From Phoronis australis (taxonomy: Eukaryota > Animalia > Phoronida): a stretch of DNA of 64,000 nt. The stretch is from the NCBI GenBank assembly GCA_002633005.1, contig NMRA01000056.1:9165-73164 (forward strand), written 5' to 3'. The notes under the pieces are model-generated. The model was not told the DNA's origin. It saw only the letters and a program-made list of their open reading frames with translations, and did not search any database. The position numbers and the translations under genes were made by a program. Below are positions 39,209 through 50,409 of the stretch, one piece after another. Every line of letters starts with the position of its first letter. Positions within the stretch are counted from its first letter, which is position 1.

Positions 39209-39325
39209 GTTGGCACATGCGGATCCGGAAATACAAAAGCGCTCAGGAAGTTTTCTCTGTTTGAAAACGAATTTAGACGTTGCCTGAAGCTGAATCAAGC
39301 TAGAATAGAAGACGTAAGAAAAGTA
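39209..39325. promoter_or_regulatory. Putative compact bidirectional promoter / 5' UTR region shared by SLC35E1 and CLP1
   Basis: 117 bp between divergent ATGs (39208 minus, 39326 plus). ETS-like cores CCGGAAAT (39225-39232) and CAGGAAGT (39244-39251); no TATA box seen. Confidence 0.65.
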
Positions 39326-42300
39326 ATGACAGAGGAAAGTAAATCGAATGATGTACGTTTTCAGCTTTTTTATCGTAACGCAATGGACGTTGTTGATGCG
39401 TTTTAGGGTGTTTCACACTCGTTTGGTTTGAGTATGATATTGTAATAGCCGGGAATCTAACTAGCGACCCCGATTTATTTTTAACCGGCGAGCGTGCTAA
39501 TCATTCAGCTGATACTAGGCAATTGCCCGTTAGCGAGTGGCTAACAGATGCTCATATATGATTCACCGGAAACACGTTTCTCAACATTCTCCCCTGTCCT
39601 ATGAACAAGCGCGCCACCTGGCAGGTGAACACAAGATTCTACTCCTGGAACATCACCTGACAAGATTCTATTCCTGTACTTACCTTACCAGCTGAGGATA
39701 GCCGCCTGACAGATAAACCTCAAGATTGTCTCGCATTAAAGTCCTCGACTCCTGGTCTAGGATCACCATCAAGCATGCTGTCTGAGGTCCGAGGGTCTGT
39801 GTAGTGCTTCATCGGTATATCATTCGTTTGCCGACTACGCCAATTGTCGTAACAGCCAGAAATCGAACAAGCGACCTCGTTTTAACCGATTGTTGTAATA
39901 GCCAGGAACCGAACCAGGAACTCCCGATTTAACCAGCAAGCGTGCTAACCTTTCAGCTAATAGGCAATTGCCCGTTAGTGAGTGGCTAACTGAGGCTCAT
40001 GTATGATTCCCTGGAATCACGTTTCACAACAATACTCAAACCAAACACAAAAAGACAGACACTGATCAATCAATCAGGTTTGGACTAGAGTCAGAACCTA
40101 GACATTTCCACCTTCTCAACTGGCCCCAGTAGAGGCGGTGGCCATCCCATAGGCCCTCCATTCTTTCAACAAATTAGGTATTTGTGTACAATATGGTGAC
40201 ATTGACCTGCGCACATGATTTTGGCTACTTGTTCAATTCCTCGCATCATATCAATTCAAATATACACGAAAATGTCTCATACCCCGTTCCTTAGTATTTT
40301 GTCATCAAATTTCTGTTAGATACTGCCATGTTGAATGGAAGGAGCCGTCTGGTGGCCAAAAACTGAACTTATCTACCGACACCCATATTCTTCAGAGTGT
40401 TGCTCTTCCAGACCTATAACGTCGACCCCGGGCCCGAGTCCCAAAGGTTCGAATTCCTATGATGGCCCTAATACGCGTCCACTAACAAGAATCTGGAAAA
40501 AAGGAGTTCTTTTTGAGCCCCAAATTCATGAAAAGGTGCTGGCAAACACCATTCAGATTTGATGATGCTGTTTCATTTATAAACAACAGGTGTTGCTGTA
40601 ATCTTGAGTTGAGCAAACATCGCGGTGTCAAGTGGGAAATAGTGTGACCAGAAATTTGATGATAAAATAGTGAGGAAATGCGGTAGGGGACACATTCACA
40701 TATTTTGGAATGAGAATGATAGGCAGAATCAAATGATACCAAAATCATGTGCATGCAGTGTACTTAAACAGTTACTATTTTTCTCTCAGGGTAGCGGTGA
40801 AACGACCTTTAACCTGCAACAAGGAACAGAGCTGCGGTTTGAGGTGGAAGCGGGTGCAACTGTTCAGATTGAGGTACAAGCTGATATGGTAGAAATGTTA
40901 TCTATTGTATTTGCCTATACTCTTGAAATAAATACAGGAATGATTACATATTTGCATTCTACATTCATCAAAAGCTACTTCACTTGATGGCAATAGAGTT
41001 TTTCAGTCTGTTCGTCCAGCTGCCCTTTAATTCGTATTGGATATGGATGGAGATTGAAAGCTGTGATAGGGCTTGACAGCACTTTTGAAATATGTATTCA
41101 TCATGCTGTCTAATTATGTTCAAATGACAAAAAGTCAATATGGTAAAAAGTTGAAAATTGATAAAAAAGGCAAAAGACATCCAGTTTCTCGACCAGTACC
41201 ATGGAGACCCATCTGCACTAATCTTGTAAATAAAACGCAGGCCCATGCGTTTATAGGTAAACGAAACACTTGAACCAAATTTTATTAAGGTATTACATTA
41301 GTTTGAATATGTCTTGTGCTGGAACCTTAATGCTTTGAAATAGCTAGACAAGGATTTGGTTATGTCTGTAGTCCCTATTGGAATTATTCACCATCTCTAT
41401 AGCCAGTCATGTTTATCGAATTTTTTTAAGTCACTTAAAAATTACTTAAGGTTATGTGGGACCTTGTCGACAAGTTCGCGTATTTAGTCAAATATCTACA
41501 AAACAATATTTAATTTTGTGAAAGTAGACAGCTTGTAGAATTTCATGTTTGACTTTTTACCAGTGTGTCATTAATTGGGTCACGTGACCATGTCTTTGTA
41601 GTAAAATTTGGCAAAAAGAAGGGTACCCTGATAGCAAAACAACGGTATCGATGATCAAAATGTTCCAGTTGAAATCTCAAAAAATGACATACAGTATTCT
41701 AAAATGTCATTTTGTTTGATGCAACTATCATAAATTGATAAATGTCCTGTTTTTGGAGCTCCTCGTGCAAAAGTGGAATGTTTTAAAAACAATCCCAGAC
41801 ATCCTTTTGGAAGACAATGCATAAAGCATAGTATCTGAAAATTTCGGATGAATCCGATCAGACATTTCTGGGATACAATGTTCTGAAGTTAGCCTAATTT
41901 GTACATTTTTTTAGGGTTCTACAAAACCTGAAGAAGTATGGTAACCTTTTGACAGTTCAGTTGTTTTTTCATAGTACAAAGCCTTTTAGCAATCTCTTCT
42001 TCTTTTTCTAGGTAACAAATGGAACTGCTGAAATCTTTGGAACAGAACTCGTTAAGGGCAAGACCTATACGTTCCCAACTGGCTCCAAGGTGGCCGTTTT
42101 CACCTGGCATGGATGCAAAATACTGATATCCTTTATGGTCTTTTTTACTTTCCCCTGACTTGTATAGACTTTTTGGGGTGCCTAAATGGTGGGGAAGGCT
42201 TCCACAAGAGGACACCAGTACTGTGGGTCTCGTGCATTTCGGTATGCAAATGCCACTCGAGGGCTGTGTTGCACGGACTCAAGAAACTCACGAAAATGCA

Positions 42301-45300
42301 AGATCGTGCATTCTGTGTGAGGTATATCCATGTTTTACAGGCACAGCTTTGAAACACACTTAGCTTTTTGGGAGATTTTTTGGGTCTACGGTATGCAAAC
42401 CAGGTCTTTTCCATATCACTTTTTGTCTTCCTATGCTTATTTTCTTGTCAGCTTTCCATTTCATTGTCACACTTGGAATAGTTGTCAGTACCTTTTCCGT
42501 TGATTAAACTATGCCTAAATTTTGGGTTTTTTGCTACACAACGTAAGAGCTGTATTTCAAGATTTTTGTAGCTTACTAATTTATTGAAATAATAAGAAAT
42601 ACATATTAACATTATGAAACTTCGCCCAGAAATGGCCACGAGCATTGTATCTGAGGCTTTAGACATACTGATAAACAATTTCGAGATATAAACTGGTAAC
42701 ACAACAAAAATTGGGTCAAATACTTTTCATGATACGTACTATTTAGACTTGGCTTCAATACAAAATGAAACTTTTATGCATAAGCAATGCAACGTACTGA
42801 GGCAATTCGATATTAATTTCATGGCTAAAGTTGCTGGAATCATTCCTAAGAGGATTGTATTTATCCAGTGAATTGTGCGATTCACTAAAACAGAATTAAT
42901 ATCAACTATTTTTTCAAGGATCTGTCATTCTTGATAATTAATTGGACAGTCAAACAAAGAATAAGGTTAAATTCAGGATGATGTTGTGCAGTTTGCAGAG
43001 TCTATTTTAGGAAAATTATGAAAGTCAACAAATAAATAACATCCTGTGTTTCAATCTGATCATCGAGGTCAGTTTGCCGAAATAACCTCTTAAACAGCAG
43101 TTTGGCAGCTCACCTAATCTCACTGTTAAATAATTAGCTTAATCTAAAAGAAGTCTTAGAACACTTTTTTCATATAAAGATCAGGTTCATATATCTGAAG
43201 CAAGTCTTAATCTAGCATTTTTCATATCTTATCAAAGCTGGGATGCCTATATAGAGGCCAATTCCTAAAACAGAAAGCACAAGTTGTTACGGTTTGCACT
43301 CTTTTGCCAGAAACTTGGCTGCAATTTTGTATCACGCATTGAATACTTTAGTTGGTGGCATGTTTGTGAGGGTACATTTCAGTAACCAGAAATGGTTCAG
43401 TTGTCATGGACACCACAATCTTGTTGCTATTAAAACGCCTTGACCCTGAGCACCTGACAGGTAAGGCTGAAGTTGCTTACGTTGCCAAGGAGACACCAAT
43501 GGTGCTGTATGTAAATACTCACGCCGCTTTGGAACAGATGAGACAGAAGGCGGTGGAGGAAGAAACGAGAGGCCCTAGGGTAGGTTGTGTGGGAGGCAAT
43601 CAGGGCCCGGGGTTTAACATAGGCCCTGGGGTAGATTTTGGGGGTAGAGGCCAGGGCATGGGGCCTAATCTTCGAACTCAAACTCCAAATTATTTTTAAC
43701 GTTTTTTGTTCTACAAGCTCAGTTTTCAGACACCTCAAATGATTTCCTTCATTTTGGCTATTGTTGTGAACCGATTGCTACCCTCCAACGTTTAGGGAAC
43801 TGATTAGTCTAATTTATGATCTGGTGATTTTTATTGTTCCTCACTGTTGGTGTTACAGATATTTAGCTTCTTCAAACTCTTAATATTTAATTGAATAATA
43901 TGTAGCTGTTGATTGTAAAGTGTAAATTTTAACTTTTAAGTCAGTTGATAGTATAAATCTATAAAAATGACAATTTTCAGGTAATGGTGGTTGGTCCGAC
44001 AGACGTCGGTAAGAGTACGCTGTGCCGTATGTTATTGAACTATGCTGTCAGGCTGGGACATGCTCCAATATCTGTGGACCTGGATGTAGGACAGGTAGTA
44101 GCAACACGCAATTTTATCGTCAGTTTAGTCCAAAAACGTTGCTCACAGTCCTTGGCTTTTCTCAAGTCAAGTTTGCTGATGAGTCCATCCTATCTACCTG
44201 TCTTCACAACAGTTGACTTGCTGTAGGGTTTTTCTGGAAAATGTGATCCTCCTAGTGTTGTCTGAACGTTTAACAACAAATGTTCCCTGGTGCATATAGG
44301 TACGTTAAAAGTTAGGTAGCAAGTGTTTGATCCAATCAAACCGAGGGATTTTATCCAGGTCGGGCGAAATCCAACTTATCTGAAGGACTGAGTACAAGGA
44401 CTAGTAGTCGAACAGTGGTATTGCAGGACTTTGTTGTTGTGAACATTGGTTTGATTTAGGCACATCCAAATAATGAGATTTTTTTCTTTATTTGGCAAAA
44501 GTGGAATGCAGCATAACATGACCCTGTCCTGCAGCACTTCAAAATGTATTTCCTGCAACCATATATATTGTAGATATTAAGCTAAGTTCGTAATTCTAAA
44601 TGAGTTAAAATGAATATTTCATGAAATGAGAACAGCAATTACAGACCTTGCTACACTAAGTCTAAGCTAGGCAAGGTGCTTTACCCCATGCTGCCTCTTA
44701 GGATATCAAAAGAATTCTGGTGACAGTAAGGTATGCTCCAGCCAAGCAGCAGGTCAAGTATATAGTTACACGAAGACATGATTGAGATAATTGAGCATGT
44801 GAATCTTTGTTAGGAAGTAACATGCCTGAAATTATTTCCATAAGATTAGGTATATTGCATTGAGAACACAAAGGTTATGGTAATGCACTGCCTGCAGGTG
44901 ATCAGGGGTGAGTGGGGTGTAATTTGTAAACGCAATTAATCAGACATGTAATTGGCGATTTTTTACATAATCTGAAAACTAAAATTACTTCTGTATCAAT
45001 ATTTTAATGAGTTTCTATTGCATGAATGTATGATTTTGAACTTTCTATTCACGACATGAACAGTTTTTATGCAAGTTTTATTTTGTATTACTCAGAGATT
45101 TAACTATACAAAACATAATATTTCCAGGGTAACATAACCATCCCGGGCACTGTTTCTGCCCTGATCGTGGAGCGACCTGCAGATGTGGAGGAGGGTTTCT
45201 CCCTGAATGCTCCTGTGGTATTTCATTTCGGTCACAAGTCCCCCGGTGACAATCTCCCGCTGTACAAACTCCTAGTATCCAGGCTGGCTGAAGTGGTCAA

Positions 45301-48300
45301 TATACGATGTGAATCAAATAAAAAAGGTGAAATGTACTGCTATGTTTTACCTTATCGGCTTATAGTAATAGCTGAAAACGTCATCTTTCTAAAGCTCACG
45401 TGTTTACAAAAACCTCACTTTATGTGCTAGTTGATATATCTGTACTACGAAAACTGCTTATAACAAGTAGAATTTCTTTTATTTTTGTTGATATTGACAA
45501 ATGAAGGTTAGCTGATCCGCCACGTCATATTATAGATGAAGCTTTAGTGTAATTTCTATCTCAAGAAGTTGTGCATGACCGCTGCGTTTTAAGATGTCAT
45601 TATTTGTTGGCAATTAACTGGCATAGTTGCAAACTACTGAATCAATGACGTTACCATTAATTGGAGCGAATATCTGTAAAGCTGTGTAGAAGACAGACAT
45701 GAGTATGGTCATGTTTCAAATCTGTCCAATTTAACAGAGTAATAAAAGTGTATACTGTGTTTACATGATGACTAAGACGCTAGCGTTTTCACAAGTGTTT
45801 TATCCAGTATCAAAAAGTTCAGTAATGTGAACTGTTCATGACAGAATTCACCATAATAGTAAATGACCTCTCATGACCCATCATGATGGTTATTAACTGC
45901 CATGATGGGGAAATAGTATTTTTCTGATTATTTGTAGTCAGACTGCTTACTGTGAACATGGGAAAGAGTACCTTTGTTCAGAAAATGAATTTGTTCCAGA
46001 GATTGAATGTGTTTCGACTATTGGCATAAATTTTTGTGTCTAGCTGAAATGATGGCATTTTCGCCACTGAAAAACTGTTACCGTTTTTGCTCCTTTTGTG
46101 CACCTAGTGTCACTATTTGGATGAAGAACTGTTTGATCTCTAATATACAATTCTAAAAATTTTGTTATAATGACTATTTGTCATTTAACCCCTATTGCAA
46201 GTGTTTGTTTTATACATCCATGTGAGGTGACACTGCTATTCTCTCAGTTCCATAGTTATTGGCGTCTTTTCAGCTCTGTACAGTGGTGTCGTAATCAACA
46301 CATGTGGCTGGGTAAGGGGTGGTGGATACGCCTCTATCGTGCATGCAGCCAGTACCTTTGAAGGTATAAATTAGATAGTTTATTTCAATCAGTAGGTTAG
46401 GTGACAGCTCTTGTTACAATACATTACTAACAAATTCAAAGTAGCATGAGAGTAAACTTATGTGGAAATTGAACACTGTATAGCTTTTGTCATGTCATTG
46501 CCTTGGCACATCAATGTAGTTATTGCTGTAACACACACAGGCTGTCGGTATGGGTTAACTAGTTTAATGCAAGTGAAAGATGTGTTGGTTTAGTAGGTAA
46601 TGAGATATTGGCAAATGAGGCATTTATTCGTTGCCAAATTTGAGCAATGTAACTACTGAGTGGCCACTCGTGGCAAGGGCATTCTATTGAGCATTCTTTT
46701 TCCTATCAACTCGAATTCTTTTATTGCAACCTGTATTTCTTTTCTTTGCTACTGCAGCTCTCTTTTCACGAACGCACAAACCACAGCTGTTTCTAGCAAT
46801 GTGCTTCTCTCACAAGCAGTCGTTATGCAAAACTGCAAAAAAATTGTTAAAATGCCAAGTGTTAATGCCCGTGCAGTTTTTGACAAACAAAGACTAGCTA
46901 TCCTGAATTGGATGCAAGAGAAAAGAAAATTTGCCGTAAAAATGCCTCCTTTTGCAAGTTGCACTCATTCTGGTTTTGTGGGAGGAACAAATTGACGTAT
47001 GTCATCTTCATAAGGTCTTAAGTTTGAAAGTAGGTGAAACATTGATGTGCTAACATTTACGCTTAAATTGAATGGCTTCTATTAATATTGCATTTTTCAG
47101 TTGATGTGATCATCGTCTTGGACCAAGAAAGATTATATAGTGAATTAAAAAGAGATATGCCTGATTTTGTCAAAGTCATCCTACAGCCCAAATCTGGAGG
47201 AGTGAGTCAACACATTCTTAAACTTTAATAAGCATTCTTTCACCGAATTATTTTCGTCAATTCCAATTCATCAGAAATTGTTTATTACTTTCATTTTCAC
47301 ATTTCCCATTACTCTCCTCTGTTTGTAAAGACTATTAGTGGTACTTATGTGCTTAGTATTAGGACTCTTAACTGTGTTGTTTTATTAAGTTCAAACCATT
47401 TGTTCGGCTTCAATTTCAATAGTGAAAGTGTAATTTCAGTATTATCACTAACAGCTGTGTATGTTCCCCAGTTGCTTGAAAAGAAGCTGGTGATCAGTGT
47501 TATCATGTTTGCAATTTGCCGTGCTGTTCTCATCCCATCTGGTATAGATCATTCACAGTTTCTAGTTGGGTTAATGGATTGTCATAAATATTAGATGTTT
47601 TCTAAACTTTGTATTTTTAATAAAAGATAATTGCAGGCGGTCTGGTATACGTTGTACCATATGTGTGCAGGCCCTCTGTATTGATCATCTGGAACCATTT
47701 TATATAGTTATAACCGAGCTGAAGAGCTAGGTACCTGACTCAAGGGTCTAGCAGTGTACTTGAGTGGGACTTGAACCCACGACCTTAAAGAAAGCGGACA
47801 CTTGTACCAATAGCCACACTGCCTCCTCCTAACATCGTATTTCATTACAAATTGTTTTTAAGTTGCACATCACAATTCTGGCAACAAATCATACTGCTTT
47901 TCAAAGCGACAATAAACACAGATTCCGTCAAACAAGCGAACTTTGCTTTGGACCACTTTCCGCTATAAAATTGTTCTCGAGTTCCTTGCAAAAGTCATTT
48001 CCAGGCTGACAATTTGTTATTCTTTGAGACCATCTCAGCATGTAAAGTGACCCACCATGACACAAACTAACTCGTAGGGCTTGATCTCCAGTATTATTGA
48101 GTGGTCATTTCTTTCAATTCCCTACAATCACATCTAACTAACTGAATTTGAGACCAATTTTTTAAATGTAAAGTGGTCTTACTCAAAAGCTGTTTTTTCT
48201 GATATGAACCAGGTTTACAGCTACTTTTAGTGGTATTGTTATTTCGATTTTGCATCATTTCATTTGGTACATTTTTAACTCCCACCAGGTGGTAGAGAGG

Positions 48301-50409
48301 AGTCGGGAAGCCAGGGCTGATGCGCGGAGTCTACGAATAAAGGACTACTTTTATGGTATCAAGAAGAATCTCTTTCCACACACATTCGACGTCAAGTTCT
48401 CAGACGTTCAAATAGTCAAGATCGGTGGTAAGCACTCATCAAATCTCACCAAAAAGTCTCTGCATGATTAGACTTCTCAGGTCTTATAACACAGCCACGG
48501 GTGTATTCTTAAAAACGTCAGTTTTTCGAAGGCCTTGGTGTTGACTTCTTTAGTGTAGGTGGCGTTGTATGTAGTACTATGCCATAAATGCGGAAAGGTT
48601 TGTGACCTTCATCCCGGTTCGTCGTACACTCGTCATTTCTGCTGCAGATAGATTCCATTATCTTCGTCTGATAAGTCATTTCCTTTTGCTAGAATTTTGG
48701 AGGTGTTAAACAAAATAATCATGCTATTCAAGGAAAACATTTTGATGCTCAGCACTTGCTAGTGGACAACTCAAGTATTGAAATGACAAGCTGCACTGTT
48801 TCATGAGGGTTTTTGTCTCTTTAATGTCATTAAGTTGTTTTTATAAAACTTATCAGACTTTACTGTAAACTGATGTTGCTCCTGACATGATCAAGGTGTG
48901 CTGTTTAGCGATTAGTTTCACCACTCCCTTGCTGGTCTTTCTAGCACCTGATTTGCCTGCCTCACTCATGCCATTGGGGTCAACAACCAGCGATAACAAG
49001 ACAAAGGTGGTTCCCATGGTTCCCAGTAAGTACAGTCATGCGACGGATGGATGAAATTGTTTGAAAATTTGATAAAACCTTCCTCTGCTTGCAAATTGGC
49101 AATTTATGAGGGGAAAGTTTTGGGAAAATTTCCACCAAACTGTCTATGAATTATCTAGTTTATGGCTTTTTTCAGTGTATTATGAAAACGTGTGAACAAA
49201 CTTTTAAGAGTTCTTGCTGCCAGACTTCAGGAAACTAAGAATACAGTCAGTAAAACTTGTGTAAGTCGAATCCCAGCAGACTGTGTGATTTCATCACAGT
49301 ATAGCGAACTTATTTGAAGGATCAGGAGTATTGTTGAACTTTGTCCAAGTTAAGAAAAAATCCAATTCATGTATGTCCGACTTATTCAAGTTCTACTGTG
49401 TAAAGTTTTTCAAAACTAGATTGTTTGGTAAATTGTTAACTTCAAAAAATAAGCTGAATTTTTTGTCCTAGGAATTAAGTGATTTTGCAAGAACCTCTGA
49501 ATTAGCCCCTTGTGGTATTGCTATTTGTAATACTCACCAAGGCATTTAATCCAGTCAACTTATTGGTCAAATATCAATTTCTTGTATACTAATAAAGTAT
49601 ATTACGTTGGAATGATGATGGGAACACCATATTTTGCAGGTGCATCTTTAACGCATCGAGTGTTCAGTGTCAGTATGGGCGACGTAGTTGACGATGATAT
49701 CATACACGAGAATATAGCAGGATTTGTTGTCATGTAAGTCAAGAGTATTTCTGTATTTGGTGGTGGTGATGGTGGTGTTGTTGTTGGTGGTGGTGCTGTT
49801 CTGGTGGTGATGGTGATGGTGGTGGTTATGGTGATGATGGTGGTGGTGGTGATGATGATGGTGGTGATGGTAACATACACAGAGCATAGTAACTGCTGTA
49901 GTGGCTCTTTCTGGCAAAACTCGTAACTTTCCCAAAATGTGATGGGATTTCGTCAATCTAACCTGAATTCATGCAAGTTTTGGTGAATGTTGCTACAGAA
50001 ATTTTTTAGTATGGAATTTTTCCTTACATGTCAACTTTCAACTTAATTTTTTTTTGTCCTTGGGATTTTTGGAGGCATTTTTAATATATTTTTACGCAAT
50101 ATTGTCTGATAAGGTTATCATCATTACAGAAGTTCTATGACCTTATGTGTGAGCTTTGAGATGACAGGCCTCCATTACCCTGCAAAGAATTGCTTTACTT
50201 GAAGCATCAAGATTTTGGACAGAAATTCAACAAAAATAGTGCCTTCAGTTTCTTTGCGTTTTGCAGTGCTATTCAATCAATTAAAACTATTTTTCAGAAC
50301 TAATGTGGATATGGAACGAAAGATGTTTACAGTATTATCACCATCGCCACGACCTCTGCCCAAGACAGTCCTACTGGCCATGGACATATCATTCATGGAG
50401 ATACACTGA
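39326..50409 (+). CDS. CLP1: Polyribonucleotide 5'-hydroxyl kinase Clp1 (mRNA cleavage factor II / tRNA splicing), ~426 aa
   Basis: Exons 39326-39352, 40790-40873, 42012-42125, 43454-43579, 43981-44094, 45128-45326, 46274-46363, 47101-47201, 48289-48427, 48945-49025, 49640-49733 and 50298-50409. Motifs: [26 protein letters not shown], Walker [40 protein letters not shown]. Intron 3 is AT-AC. The 27 nt first exon is the least certain. Confidence 0.96.
39438..40031 (-). mobile_element. Non-autonomous miniature LTR retrotransposon (TRIM) with tRNA-like LTRs
   Basis: Direct repeats at 39438-39586 and 39891-40031 with TGTTG...CAACA-type ends, plus an extra partial LTR end at 39845-39890. Minus-strand PBS TGGCGTAGTCGGCA (39842-39829) and PPT AGGGGAGAA (39595-39587) abutting the 3' LTR. 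A-box and B-box-like motifs lie inside the LTR. Confidence 0.85.
41450..41928. mobile_element. Kolobok-like TTAA element, copy 3 (CLP1 intron 2)
   Basis: Starts TTAA|GGTTATGTGGGACCTTGTCGACAA and is colinear with 30600-31127 (shared TTAATTGGGTCACGTGACC and CAAAAGTGGAA). Confidence 0.7.
42126..43453 (+). other. U12-type (minor spliceosome) AT-AC intron, CLP1 intron 3
   Basis: 5' splice site ATATCCTTT (42126-42134), branch site CCTTGAC (43438-43444) about 10 nt from the terminal AC (43452-43453), and no polypyrimidine tract. Splicing gives in-frame WHGCKIL|[16 protein letters not shown]. Confidence 0.9.
47690..47828 (-). mobile_element. tRNA-derived SINE, copy 1
   Basis: The reverse strand has GGAGGCAGTGTGGCTATTGG ... 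GGGTTCAAGTCCC (A and B boxes), then a core ACCCTTGAGTCAGGTACCTAGCTC shared with the copy at 54790-54960. Confidence 0.65.
49758..49871. repeat. Degenerate (TGG/TGA)n trinucleotide repeat
   Basis: TGG/TGA/TGT triplet run starting ~25 bp into CLP1 intron 11. Confidence 0.9.
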
